Shown: one piece after another, positions 1-12,180 of the stretch
Numbering within the stretch: position 1 is the first letter of the stretch
Layout: each line of letters starts with the position of its first letter
Assembly: GCA_002269645.1 (NCBI GenBank)
Contig: NIVC01001360.1
Span: 1-64,000, forward strand
Reading direction: 5' to 3'
Origin: Macrostomum lignano
Taxonomy: Eukaryota
Length of the DNA stretch: 64,000 bases
Translations under genes and position numbers: made by a program
The notes under the pieces: generated by a model
What the model was told of the DNA's origin: nothing
Seen by the model: only the letters and a program-made list of their open reading frames with translations
The model's database searches: none

Positions 1-775
1 TTAACTGATTTTTACCGCATCTCCCTATTTACAGTTTCCACTAATTTTTTCTCATCGATTTACCGATTATACAGACAGAGGCGGATGCTGCAGCGCATCT
101 TTGCCGACCGCGAGCCGACCCTGCTAATTCCTTGCATAGCTTGTTGGTCTCCATTTAATTAACTAGACAGTTACCTGTAAAAAGCACCTTTTACTGTTCT
201 TGGATTGAAAAATTAGATTTTTCTCAATGTTGTTAAACGTAGGCTAGCTGGCTGCTGAGCCCGTTTTACTCAATCAAAGCTTCGGAATTTTTGTGCCGGG
301 TTATTTCCCTGGGTGATGGCAAGTTTTAGGGGTAATTTGTGTGTACAGTTTTTATTTAGTTGAGCTCGAGAGTCTGCAGTGCGCACTGAGATCCCCAGTT
401 CTCTCGCTATTTACCTTTTGTATCATAAATTAAAGGTCTAATCTGTTCGATTTCTGCTTTAATAATTATTAAAATATAATTTAACGCTATTCAACAGTAA
501 ATCGAGGCTGTGGAAGGCTGCTTTTCAAGCTTGTTTATTTATTTATCAATAGAAAAATAGAAATATACGAGTAAATGTTAGGCTTATCGAAAATTAAAAA
601 TCAAAAATATTTCTAATTCAAAATCAAGAACTGGAAGCGCTGCAAGCACTGGCATGGTGACTGGCTGAGTGCTAATGTGAAATGCAGCTCTGTGATCTGT
701 GGACTGTCTGACAATCAGAGTTCGATTGCAAAACTTTTCATGTGTCTGATAGTTAAATCCTTGTGCCAAATCCCG

Positions 776-3700
776 CTATGCATTAACCGTTTCTGGCCCA
801 GACTCCGCTGCCTCATCAGTTGTGCTCAGCCGCCTCTCCGAGTCTGCCGCTTTCTCGTAGCATCTCAGCCTGGGCATCGACAAACAGAACAGGACCTGCG
901 GGTGGCAGATGGCGTGAGTTCCATGAGCAGCTCAGACACTCACCATCATGAGCAGAATGAGGGACAGCAGCAGCTAAGGCACTCGCCATCATGAGCAGAA
1001 TGAGGGACAGCAGCAGCTCAGGCACTCACCATCATGAGCAGAATGAGGGACAGCAGCAGCTCAGGCACTCACCATCATGAGCAGAATGAGGGACAGCAGC
1101 AGCTCAGGCACTCACCATCATGAGCAGAATGAGGGACAGCAGCAGCTAAGGCACTCGCCATCATGAGCAGAATGAGGGACAGCAGCAGCTCAGGCACTCA
1201 CCATCATGAGCAGAATGAGGGACAGCAGCAGCTCAGGCACTCACCATCATGAGCAGAATGAGGGACAGCAGCAGCTCAGGCACTCACCATCATGAGCAGA
1301 ATGAGGGACAGCAGCAGCTAAGGCACTCGCCATCATGAGCAGAATGAGGGACAGCAGCAGCTCAGGCACTCACCATCATGAGCAGAATGAGGGACAGCAG
1401 CAGCTCAGGCACTCACCATCATGAGCAGAATGAGGGACAGCAGCAGCTCAGGCACTCACCATCATGAGCAGAATGAGGGACAGCAGCAGCTCAGGCACTC
1501 ACCATCATGAGCAGAATGAGGGACAGCAGCAGCTCAGGCACTCACCATCAAGAGCATGAGGGACAGCAGCAGCTCAGGCACTAACCATCATGAGCAGAAT
1601 GAGGGACAGCAGCTCAGGCACTCACCATCATGAGCAGAATGAGGGACAGCAGCAAGCTCAGGCACTCACCATCATGAGCAGAATGAGGGACAGCAGCAGC
1701 TCAGGCACTCACCATCATGAGCAGAATGAGGGACAGCAGCACGGCCAGCATGATGCTCAGTCTGGTCAGCATGGACCCGGCCCACAGAGGTCCCATGATG
1801 GTGGACAGTCCGATAACAGAGCGCCGGAGGCCCTGCGAGAAGCCTGAAATGCATGAAATTTTGAGAGTCTGTTCAAGACTTAGAGGCCATGATTATTTTA
1901 ACTGCCTGCAGGCAAATTACCCTGAGTTGCTGGCGAGGTGATTTTCGAATAGAGCGACACAGAGCAGGTGACAAGGAAGGGCAAAGCAATCACGTCCAAG
2001 AAGACGCTGCCAATTAGCATAGGCAGGTTGAGCTCGTTGCCTGGAACGGTAATAAATAAAAGCAAATATTCAGGCGGTGACTTGGCGGTAATTAGCTCGT
2101 AGCTGTCTTTGACAATATTTTGCGAAGAAACTGAATCTGGCTGACTCACACCCAGCATTTACAGTGCAATTTGAATGCAATTTTCATAGATAAAGACAAA
2201 TTGTTTGCATTTCTACTGTAAGTAGAAGAAAAAGATGCAACAAGAAAAATATAATCATGGAAAACAATACAAACCCGGCACTGCCAGCGGAAAGTAGACC
2301 AGCATGCCGGCGATGGCGGCAGCGGACACCGCCGAGCCTAGCAGGATCAGGCTGCTGTCGTAGAAGCGGCTGCTGGCGCAGCGGACCACCATAAAGACTA
2401 GGATGACTTCCACGCCGGCGCCGAGGTACAGCAGGCTGTTGCCCAGTTCTCCCCAGCCCAGGTAGTCCTTGGTCAGGGGTGTCAGCATGGCCTACGGGCG
2501 CAGAGAAAGATCTGGCTGGCAGGTATGAGAACTTCATTTAACACAGCATACAACTGGACTTACCTCAAGAGCAGTCTGGTTGAAGAAGGTGGCAAAGATG
2601 GTGGCCAAGATGGCAACCAACTCGTGACGAAGGTACTCTGCAAAAGAGGAACACAAGTTGCTTTTAAACGTTCGTGCTTTTAAGTTAGATTCTTCTTGTC
2701 TGCTGCTGTCTATCGTCCGATGGGCTGATGTGTGCTGTCTATGCCTGACGTGTGCTGTCTATGCCTGACGTGTGCTGTCTATGGCCGGTGTGTGCTGTCT
2801 ATGCCTGACGTGTGCTGTCTATGGCCGGTGTGTGCTGTCTATGGCTGATGTGTGCTGTCTATGCCTGACGTGTGCTGTCTATGGCCGGTGTGTGCTGTCT
2901 ATGGCTGACGTGTGCTGTCTATGGCTGACGTGTGCTGTCTATGTCTGACCTGTGCTGTCTATGGCCTGTGTGTGCTGTCTATGGCTGCTGTCTATGGCTG
3001 ACGTGTGCTATCTATGGCTAATTCGTGCTCTCTTTGGCTGGTGTGTGCTGTTTATAGCTGGTGTGCTGTCTATGCACAACGTGCTGTCTATGGCTCGTGT
3101 GTGCTGTCTATGGCTGACGTGTTCTGTCTATGACCTGATATAAGCTGTCTATGGCCTGATATGAGCTGCACACTACAGTCGCCCACCATTAACATAGTAG
3201 CGCCGGTCGGTGACAACCGCGGGCGGCTCTGGCTCGGGCCCCGCCGCAGCCACAGCCCCATAGCCAACCCCGTCGCCGTCAGCCACAAGTCGCCGCCGCT
3301 CGTCATCACCATCGCCGTTATCGGGCGGCACCATCCGGTGGAAGTCGGTGTACAGGCAGAGGCAGAGCAGGGTGTGCAGCAGCCACAGGCTGGCCATGAA
3401 GAGGCCCGGCACCGAGTAGGCAGTGAGCGGGTAGGGCCCGATGCTGGTGTTCACCAGGCGGAGGAACAGGTTGCAGCCGGGGCCTGCGGGGGTCACAGCG
3501 GGTATTTCGGGTTAACAGTCAGGGTTAACAAAAAATCGACTTTCCCAGCCTTACCAATGACCAGGCCGACCTGCCGGCACGCCATCAGCATCGCGATCAC
3601 CCCTGTCCGCTCCCTGACGTTGGTGGCGCGGGCGATGTCCGACACGATGGCCGCGCCAGCCCCGGCACCGACGCCTGCGGTGGGGTGGAATTTGAGATAG

Positions 3701-5724
3701 GGCGAAAAATCACCTGAGCTGTCTGTTTTGGTAAAATCTAACTGTAAGCTGTATGGGATCAAGCTGTCTGGGATCAAGCTGTCTGGGATTAAGCTATCTG
3801 GGATCAAGCTGTCTGGGATCAAGCTGTCTGGGATCAAGCTGTCTGGGATCAAGCTGTCAGGGATCAAGCTGTCAGGGATCAAGCTGTCTGGGATCAAGCT
3901 GTCTGGGATCAAGCTGTCAGGGATCAAGCTGTCAGGGATCAAGCTGTCAATCACACTGTCGAAGCCACCAATCACACTGTCTAAGCCATCAATCAAACTA
4001 TTCTGCCACCATCAAAGCAAAGCTGTCCACAGCGAACGCACCAGTCACAAAGCGGCTGCACAGCAGGAAGGGCAGCGAGATGCCCATAAAGTACATGATG
4101 TTGCCGCCGATCTCCCACAGGTTGGAGAAGATCACCAGGTATTTGGTGCACCTGTACTTGTCAGATATTCTGCGGAAAACCAAGCGACATTTGCAAACAA
4201 ATGTTTTAGCACAGGTTTAGTCAACCGATGTTTACTCCTTCAGGGAACCGCTGTCTACTTTAGTAAACCGCTGTCTACTCCTCAGTAAACCGCTGTCTAC
4301 TCATCCAGTAAACCCCTGTCTACTCATCTAGTAAACCGCTGTCTACTCATCCAGTAAACCCCTGTCTACTCATCCAATAAACCGCTGTTCAGTGCCTACT
4401 GTCTGCTCAATTTTGAGGTAGCCTCTGTCTGTTCCACATGCACTGCACCAGAGGACCTCTACATTCACCGCTACCTCGAGACAGCAACCCAGTCTCACCT
4501 GCCATAGATGGGCGAGCAGAAAAGGTCGGAGATGCTGAAGGCTGACAGCATGAGGCCCAAGAACGCAGAGGTGGCTCCAAAGGTCTCGTGGATGTACAGC
4601 CACATGGTGGGCAGGATCACGGCTGTGCACGAGGGTTAAAGCGAGTGTAACATGTAAAAAAGTGATGTGGAATGTACACAAGACAAGGAGAGTGCGATGC
4701 TTGTAAAATTAATTTGAAAAGTCCCAGTTTGCATTGGCCAAGAATTCCAAGCACAATGTATGCACTACTAGTTGGGTAGAATAGATATTCCTGGGTAGAA
4801 TTGATTTTTTTCTGGTGCATACAGTTGAGACTAAACTAGTTACTTGTATTAGATTTAGTGCTATTTTTTTAATAATTCAGACAATAATTTTACAAGTTTA
4901 TCACTAGTAGCTTTTGGCAATTTGGCTTAAGAAATATTTTTATAAAATGCACCATAAAAATATAAAATTTGATATTACAAGTAAAACCAAGCATTTAATA
5001 ATAATATATTACTTCTCTTCCTATATAAACTATAACCACATTGGCTGTACCATAGGCCTTATTGTTTGAAATTAAAAAATAATAGACCTATATCTAATTT
5101 TCAATATAGTGGAATTTTCCTAATCCTGCATGTTAACCAAATGGCATCTTGATTTCAGAATTAACATAAAAGTTGCAAATAAAATCAATGTTGGCCTATG
5201 ACTATGGCCTCTAGCTAATTTAAATTAGTCAAATGGCATTGGTATATCTATATCAAGGTATTCTCTAAGACTATACACTAAGGCAATGCTACGGAGTATG
5301 GTAAATGAAGCAAAGCAAAAGGTTGTAAAAATACTTAAAAATACTTTGATTGCTAAATAACATACTGTTTAATATTTGGTTTGACTATATTAAGGCTTAT
5401 ATAATTTAAATATAAGTAGGCCTAATTAATTTAATAGCACAAATAAATTATTAGGGCTAGGCCTAGGCCTATATTTAATTTTCTAAACAATAGCCAATCA
5501 TAGTGTATAAACAACGTTTGCAATCTAATAAACACATGTAAATAGCTAATAGTAAACAAAAATGCATTAAGTAGGATAATGAGGACATCAGCCCTGAATT
5601 TTAGTTTTAAAAGGTAGCCTACTACTGTTACATAGTACTAGTAGTCGTACATACCATATTCCACTCCAGAAAGGAAAAAGTAAAGTGCAATCATTAAATA
5701 TGTAAGTCTCCTTTTTGTGTTCAT
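776..5724 (-). CDS. MFS transporter, MFSD8/CLN7-like, 10 coding exons, about 466 aa
   Basis: Phase-consistent GT-AG exon chain: 5655-5724, 4499-4622, 4042-4169, 3555-3674, 3187-3483, 2564-2637, 2275-2491, 1921-2040, 1713-1843, 776-895 (1401 nt). Translation has MFS helices and MFSD8-like motifs (FFLSGVEYAVILPTMWLY; SRFVTGGVGAGAGAAIVSDIAR; QGFSQGLRRSVIGLSTIMGPLWAG). Confidence 0.88.
943..1742 (-). repeat. 43-nt minisatellite, about 18 copies, made of exon end plus 5' splice site
   Basis: Minus-strand unit ctgctgctgtccctcattctgctcatgatg|gtgagtgcctgag is identical to the end of exon 1713-1843 and its GTGAGT donor. Confidence 0.95.
2725..3160. repeat. about 20-nt intronic minisatellite (tgtgctgtctatggctgacg)
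   Basis: Directly visible tandem copies in an MFS intron. Confidence 0.9.
3750..3950. repeat. 15-nt intronic minisatellite (gggatcaagctgtct)
   Basis: About 13 tandem copies; source of the spurious (LIPDS)n and (GIKLS)n ORFs. Confidence 0.92.
4245..4390. repeat. about 23-nt intronic minisatellite (gtaaaccgctgtctactcatcca)
   Basis: About 6 degenerate tandem copies. Confidence 0.85.
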
Positions 5725-6519
5725 ATTGAAGTAACTTCTTTTTAATAAAAGTTTAACGACGAACCGGGCTTATTGAGCAAAATTAAGCTGACTACAGTCT
5801 GTATTCACAATGCCAATGGTGTACCGTGTATGACCAAATAAAAAATGAATTAGTATCGAATTTAGTGATCAAAAATCTTCTGTCTTTTTCCTGTCTTTTA
5901 GTTAAGGCTTTGTAACACTGCTAGCATTACCTAAAATAGAGATACAATGGCTACTTTGTATTTATTGGGTCGGTGCTGTGACGGTACAGATAATGCGCAA
6001 GACGGTGTCGAGTTAAATGGTCCAATGACGCCAAAACAGTAATCTAATTTTCACGTAGGCCTAGAATTTTTATTTACCTGGATCTAAGCATGTATCCTGA
6101 TTTTTTATCAGATCGTTTTAGAGTTCTGTATTGGTGGAGAAAATTTTGGTTCAATTGTTTTACTTTTTATTTTTGCTGCTTAATCATTGTCTCGTACATC
6201 AGGCTGTACTACAGTACATGGTCCATGTACTATTTCATGTTTCTCTTTTTGCTAAGTGCCTTCGCAACACCCATCAACGCAAACTGACAACTGCCTTTCA
6301 ATAGAGTACTCCAAACAAGTGATTATGAAGGAACCAACTGTTTCCTAATTGCGCGACATCTCGATCAATCGTCATCCAAGCTTCTACAAGATAGGCCTAG
6401 TAAACGTATTTTCCTTATCGGGACGATTTTTTATGCGAATCTTTTCTGATAAGTTTTGACAGAAGTGCGCATTTACAAGCAACAGTCCCAAATTGGTTTA
6501 CCTCTTGACTTTACGTACT

Positions 6520-7250
6520 TCCCAGGGACTTGACTTAGCTGCAGGGGGCTCCGTGCGTCCGGAAACAGCGAGGAGGCGTTGCCGCCCATTTCGCTAACCC
6601 CTGGCGACCACGGGCAGCTAGTGCTGCGGTGTCGCGCAGGGAGTTCCGGTGGTGCCGGTGTCCGCAGCGTGGTCCCCCTCCGGAGGGTCCAGGAGGTGGA
6701 CTAGCTGTGGCTCGCCCGGGTAGCCCTAGGTAGCGGACGAGCTGGCAAAGATTCTCGGGCCTGAAAACGTCGGAGAGGTCCGGGTTAATTGGGCCGAGGT
6801 AGGTGAGCCTGACCTGAGTAAAGGCGGAGCATTCACAGATGAAGTGCTCCGCATTCTCGACACCGGAGAGGCAGAATGGGCATTCCTCACTGCGGATTTT
6901 TCCCTGAAGGTAATTAGCGATGCCTGGCAAAACAGCCATGACCGAGAGGGCCATATGGTCACCGCCCTGATGTCCCTGCGGTTGAGTCTAAGCAGGGCCT
7001 TGCGCAGGGCGGAGGAAGGACAGGGGACAGCCGCGCGGGATTGCCGGCAGTCGGGGGCGTTAGCCCACCTCTCCCTGTGCTTTGAAGCCACCCACTGGGG
7101 ATCCACCTTAGGGACACCTTGTTAGAGGCGCCTAAGCGGTTGAGCTGCCCGATGCAGTCAAGGACTGTACGCGAGCAGGTGGTGGTGCGCTCAAGGGCGT
7201 GGATAGCCGCTTGACTGTCAGAGTGGAGGGTAATCTCCTTCCCCTAGACG
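6520..7250 (-). mobile_element. Degenerate 3' fragment of a non-LTR retrotransposon ORF2 (R1/LOA-like C-terminus with CCHC knuckle)
   Basis: Overlapping ORFs 6726-7106 and 6535-6954 joined by a frameshift near 6950 give W...CRQS...[16 protein letters not shown]...CPFC...EHFICEC, typical of the post-RT/RNase H zinc-knuckle region. Boundaries approximate. Confidence 0.65.
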
Positions 7251-7972
7251 CGCTGATTACCTCCATAATGTCATTGTGCACGATGCGCATGTACGACTTC
7301 GTTATACTCGCATGTAAATTTACACCATATCTTCAGAATGCCGGTGCCGGGTTATTATATGTGCTGTAGATTGCTATAATTCTACTATTAAGTATGTTCA
7401 ATCATTGCTGAGATATCTAGACTTGCGGGATTGGGAAGGCTGAGATGCCAACAAGTCTGAGGTCAGAAACTTCATGTAGTTCATGAAAAAAATTATTCCA
7501 TTGTTCGTTGGCTCCCCAACTGGGGGCGCTGATTGCTACGAGTAGTACCTCGTACTATAGATTTACCTGACCTGGAGAATGTGAATTTTTGCGAACATAC
7601 AAGCGTATAAGCCTTCGAATAACACTTCCCCAGTAGTACTCGTCACACAGCAGCCAAAAATGAAGGATCACTTGTTGCTCTTTTTTTAGAAAACCGATTG
7701 TCCGCTAAATCTCTAGCGTAAGCTCTTTAGCGTAGCGAAGTAAGGTGTAATTAATTCTTCAGCCGAGAAAAACAGAAGAAAAACAAAAACAGCTGAAAGC
7801 AAACCGAACGGCATCAAGCAATTTTAGTTCCAGTGGTTAATTATTTATTTTTCTCACAATCTCCTCATATTACCAGATCACATTAGGAAAAAGCAACGCG
7901 TCAACAATGGCTACTGGAGTGGCGGGGAAACAAATGGCGAAGGGGAACTCCGACTGGATAACTGAGTCTCAA

Positions 7973-8449
7973 TTAGCGCTTGCCGCCAACCCGTGGCGCG
8001 GTGGGCTTCATGACCTTGGCCGCCTTCTGCTTCTGGCCGGCGGGGCGGGACTGCTTGGCCTCTGCTTGCTTCTGCGCCTTCTTCTCGGCCTCCTTGGCCT
8101 TGGCCTTCTCCTTGGCGTTGCGGACCGCCTGCTCTCGCTGGGCCTTGCGGAACTCCGGCTTCTGGTTGCGCTTGGCCATGAGGTCGGCCATGGACAGGCC
8201 GGCCACCGCCCGGATGGCCTTGTGCGACTTGCGCGACTTCTTCTTCGCGGCCTCCTCCACCTGGCCCTTCTTGTGCTTGCGCCGGTACAGCACAGTCCAG
8301 CTGACCTCGCGCGGATTTTTCTTCTGAAAGTGGGAGCGCTCGCACTTCGAGTTTAGGAAGTGGAAGGTCTTGCCATCGGTGCGGATCAGCCAGCGGCCGC
8401 GGCCGGGGTACACCTTGAAGCCGGAGAAGCTGCACAGCTCAAGCTTCAT
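7973..8449 (-). CDS. RPL24: 60S ribosomal protein L24 (eL24), single coding exon, 158 aa
   Basis: [18 protein letters not shown]...[18 protein letters not shown]...[11 protein letters not shown]; acceptor ttctgttgcag at 8461; AATAAA at 7844-7849 on the minus strand. Confidence 0.97.
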   Translation of the reverse strand: MKLELCSFSGFKVYPGRGRWLIRTDGKTFHFLNSKCERSHFQKKNPREVSWTVLYRRKHKKGQVEEAAKKKSRKSHKAIRAVAGLSMADLMAKRNQKPEFRKAQREQAVRNAKEKAKAKEAEKKAQKQAEAKQSRPAGQKQKAAKVMKPTAPRVGGKR

Positions 8450-8554
8450 CGAGCGGCTGGCTGCAACAGAATTTGGGGGAGGCGAGACTTACTGAGATTG
8501 AACAAGTGAACATGAATAATCAATCAGGAATTGATCCCTATCAACAAAAGCGCA

Positions 8555-8630
8555 TCAGAATCGACTGGCAATATCAGGCCAGCATTGAAGCTGGATTCAT
8601 TCCGCCCGACGCCGATATTTGCCTCATCAT
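8555..8630 (-). ncRNA. Box C/D snoRNA, copy 1 of 4
   Basis: Minus strand: ATGATGA (C), atatcggcgtcgggcgga, ATGA (D'), small hairpin, TGATAT (C'), tgccagtcgatt, CTGA (D). Confidence 0.75.
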
Positions 8631-8703
8631 TTGAGCTTGTGAGTAACTTTGCATACATTTACAGAAAAGCAGCTTATACTTGTAGTGAATAATTCGCACA
8701 GGC

Positions 8704-8784
8704 TCAGAATCGTCTGGCAATATCAAAGCAACTTTTGAAGCTGCTGGCTTCATTCCGCCCGACGCCGATATGGGAGCTCATCAC
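8704..8784 (-). ncRNA. Box C/D snoRNA, copy 2 of 4
   Basis: GTGATGA...CTGA with the same two putative guides (one substitution) and a different spacer hairpin. Confidence 0.75.
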
Positions 8785-8926
8785 GGCTGGTGCGATGCAG
8801 GAATTCAAACATTAACTCGCAGACCTACGCAGTAGAGGAAACACAAGAGTCTGAACTTAGAGAACCTGTTTGACCTGACTACTAAGTACTAACGCCAGGT
8901 TTAATCGTCTTAAAAATCACACCCGC

Positions 8927-9013
8927 TCAGAATCGACTGGCAATATCAGGACCCGGCTGTTTTACAAGCCAGATTGAGTCATTCCGCCCGACGCCGATAT
9001 GGGAGCTCATCAC
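8927..9013 (-). ncRNA. Box C/D snoRNA, copy 3 of 4
   Basis: GTGATGA...CTGA, guides identical to copy 1, terminal stem cacc/ggtg. Confidence 0.78.
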
Positions 9014-9146
9014 GGCTGGTGCGATGCAGGAATTCAAACATTAATTCGCAGACCTAAGCAGTAGAGCAAACACAAGAATCTGAACTTAGAACCTGTCTAA
9101 CCTTCCCATTACCGTCAGGTTTAATCATCTAAAAAATCACACCCGC

Positions 9147-9233
9147 TCAGAATCGACTGGCAATATCAGGACCCGGCTGTTTTACAAGCCAGATTGAGTC
9201 ATTCCGCCCGACGCCGATGTATGAGCTCATCAT
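9147..9233 (-). ncRNA. Box C/D snoRNA, copy 4 of 4
   Basis: ATGATGA...CTGA with flanking terminal stem tcacacc/ggtgtga. Confidence 0.78.
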
Positions 9234-9641
9234 AGCTGGTGTGAGTTGATGTTTTAAGGTATAAAGCCTAGGCTATCAGTAAACTCGATATCAAATAAAA
9301 AGCAAGTCGAAAAAGGACATATTAAGAGTTGAAGGCAAAGCAAGGCATGTGAATATTAGCAATGCAAACATGCTTGGCAATGAATTCTCTGTGCGAGCAG
9401 CTCAGCCCTCAATGGGCAGTGAGAACTGCTGCGGCAGTCACTGAATAGAATCTGATAGAAGCGTCACTGAACCGAAATAAAATGATTAAAAAACGCAGAA
9501 CCAGTGCAATGAAATCCTGGAGACATAAAAAATCAAAGACTAAAAAATGGCTCAAACACCTGTCCAATTACAGCCGCACATCAGGCAGAGAAAGCATCAC
9601 AGAACAAAAAGGATTTGGAACAGAGAAAGCGCAGACCCTGG

Positions 9642-9740
9642 CCCGATGGCCGTCAGCTCACTGGGCGAGCATCGATCAGCGAGGCCTGGGCTTCCGACTG
9701 GGCGGCTTTGCGCCGGGCCGCTTCATTCTGGCCACCGGCC
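9642..9740 (-). promoter_or_regulatory. Candidate SECIS element (type II-like) in the SELENOS 3' UTR
   Basis: Minus strand: ATGA(A) at 9726-9723, 12-nt GC stem arm, AAA, apical ministem ccg/cgg, then TGAT at 9678-9675; lower helix ccggtggcc/ggccatcgg. Helix II is imperfect; not computationally folded. Confidence 0.6.
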
Positions 9741-10185
9741 CGGGTCCGCGATGGGGGAGACAACGGTATCATAGGGGCTGTACTTTAGATTGCCCTAGCA
9801 GTAGTATATGCCAAGGGGGCAAATCAACTCAGTGGATGACGCGTCTGACTTAAGCGACACAGCGCCCGAGTTCGATTCTGCGCTCGCATGTGGCTCCGGT
9901 CAGCAAAATGGGCATAAGTGCTGAGGTAGTGTCAAAGCTCCCCCAAAACTTTCCAACTCAACCAACCGCTTGTCTGCCACTCGAGTCTGAATCGAATTCT
10001 TTGAAATACTTCGCGTTCAACGCTAGCATTGACCCCCCACTCGACAGTACTCACTGCTAAGGCTGTATTGTACAAGAGTTCAGTTACGCACTAATTGGGA
10101 CATACAAGTTCAAAAACTCCATTTAACCGCGCCAGCCAACTGTCGAGGCCGCAACCCGGCATTCGGTCCGGGCCCGGCCTGCAGC

Positions 10186-10234
10186 GGAATGCCGCCCCTT
10201 TCAAAGCCTCTGGAGGGGAAGGGGCGGCCATTCC
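10186..10234 (-). promoter_or_regulatory. Strong stem-loop 16 nt downstream of the SELENOS stop codon
   Basis: GGAAT-G-GCCGCCCCTT ... AAGGGGCGGC-ATTCC, about 15 bp with a single bulge. Confidence 0.6.
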
Positions 10235-10250
10235 CAGCTGGGAGGCGCAG

Positions 10251-10784
10251 TTAGCCTCATCCACCACCCGCGCTGGTGCAGGGCGGCGGGCGGTAGCGGG
10301 CCGCCGCTCCCGAGTCGCCGACCAGCGGGTTGTACTCATCGCGAAGGCGTCGCTTGCCGCCGCCGCTGCCGCCTCCAGAGGCATTGCGCCGCTGCTGAGC
10401 GGCGGAGACGGCGTCGGCCTCGTCGCCAGTGTACTTCAGCAGCGAGCGGCGATTGCGGCCAGGTTGGCCAGGCACGTAGCCGGCAGAGGCTGAGGCGCTG
10501 TTGGCAGCGGTGGCCTCCACCTGCTTGGCCTCCCGCTGCTCTGCATCCAGCTGCAGCTGGCGGAGCTGTCTCTCGCGGGCCTCGGCAACGCGGGCCTGTC
10601 TGACTGCGAACTCCTCGCTGTCAGCCGCCGAGTCCGACCGCTTGGCGGCAGCGGCGCGGGCGCGCTGGGCGGCAGCGGCTGCCGCGGGCCGAACGTAGCG
10701 CGAGTAGATGAAAGCGGCAGCGCAGACTCCGATGAGGAGAGGCCAGCCGTAGGTGGCCAGGAAATCTGCGGCCGCGTTTAGCAT
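10251..10784 (-). CDS. SELENOS: Selenoprotein S (VIMP) ending ...CTSAGGG-U-G-stop; UGA at 10257-10259 read as selenocysteine
   Basis: N-terminal FLATYGW plus TM helix, coiled coil (RVAEARERQLRQLQ), RLRDEYNPLVGD and a Gly-rich tail. TGA is followed by GGC TAA, matching the SelS penultimate-Sec pattern. An upstream in-frame extension to the acceptor near 10826 is possible. Confidence 0.9.
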
Positions 10785-10954
10785 GGCTGGATTGGACTGG
10801 GGCTGCTTCAGTAGGGAGTCGAGAGCTGCGGGTGGGTGCGCAAGTTAATATGCGCTGCGGGATCAATTGCTCTAATGACACTTGGGACAAAGTGTGCCGT
10901 TGCTAAGGCACTGGAAAGTGGATGTGTGGCTGCTAGGAATACTGGAAACAGTCT

Positions 10955-12180
10955 AATAGGGGTGCGGTTGCTAAGTTCATTAGGAGTTGCTAAGTTCAAC
11001 AGGATGTGAGGTTGCTAAGGATACAGGGAACAGGATGTGGAGTTGCTAAGGATACAGGGAACAGGATGCGAGGTTGCTAAGGACACGGGGAACAGGATGT
11101 GGGGTTGCTAAGAGCACAGGGAACATGTGGTTGCTAACGACACAGGGAACATGATGTGGGGTTGCTAAGGATACAGGGAACAGGATGCGAGGTTGCTAAG
11201 GACACAGGGAACAGGATGTGGGGTTGCTAAGAGCACAGGGAACATGTGGTTGCTAACGACACAGGGAACATGATGTGGGGTTGCTAAGGATACAGGGAAC
11301 AGGATGTGGGTTGCTAACGGCACAGGGAACATGATGTGGGGTTGCTAACGGCACAGGGAACATGATGTGGGGTTGCTAACGGCACAGGGAACATGATGTG
11401 GGGTTGCTAACGGCACAGGGAACATGATGTGGGGTTGCTAAGGTCACAGGGAACATGATGTGGGGTTGCTAACGGCACAGGGAACATGATGTGGGGTTGC
11501 TAACGGCACAGGGAACATGATGTGGGGTTGCTAAGGATACAGGGAACAGGATGCGAGGTTGCTAAGGACACAGGGAACATTATGTGGGGTTGCTAACGGC
11601 ACAGGGAACATGATGTGGGGTTGCTAACGACACAGGGAACATGATGTGGGGTTGCTAAGGATACAGGGAACAGGATGTGGGGTTGCTAACGGCACAGGGA
11701 ACATGATGTGGGGTTGCTAACGGCACAGGGAACATGATGTGGGGTTGCTAACGGCACAGGGAACATGATGTGGGGTTGCTAAGGTCACAGGGAACATGAT
11801 GTGGGGTTGCTAACGGCACAGGGAACATGATGTGGGGTTGCTAACGGCACAGGGAACATGATGTGGGGTTGCTAAGGATACAGGGAACAGGATGCGAGGT
11901 TGCTAAGGCCACAGGGAACATTATGTGGGGTTGCTAACGGCACAGGGAACATGATGTGGGGTTGCTAACGGCACAGGGAACATGATGTGGGGTTGCTAAG
12001 GATACAGGGAACAGGATGCGAGGTTGCTAAGGATACAGGGAACAGGATGCGAGGTTGCTAAGGACACAGGGAACATTATGTGGGGTTGCTAACGGCACAG
12101 GGAACATGATGTGGGGTTGCTAACGGCACAGGGAACATGATGTGGGGTTGCTAAGGATACAGGGAACAGGATGTGGGTAT
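10955..12180. repeat. 31-nt minisatellite (gttgctaacggcacagggaacatgatgtggg), about 38 copies with variants
   Basis: Directly visible; degenerate at the left edge. Confidence 0.95.

Noticed and set aside
7973-8449. RPL24 as a processed pseudogene
   Set aside because: The ORF is intact, with an upstream splice acceptor and snoRNA cluster and no poly(A) tract or TSD.
9340-9440. Possible H/ACA snoRNA on the minus strand (hairpin, AGAGAA, hairpin, ACA)
   Set aside because: The first hairpin lacks a clear two-sided pseudouridylation pocket and the second is weak; it would need a snoGPS or Infernal hit.
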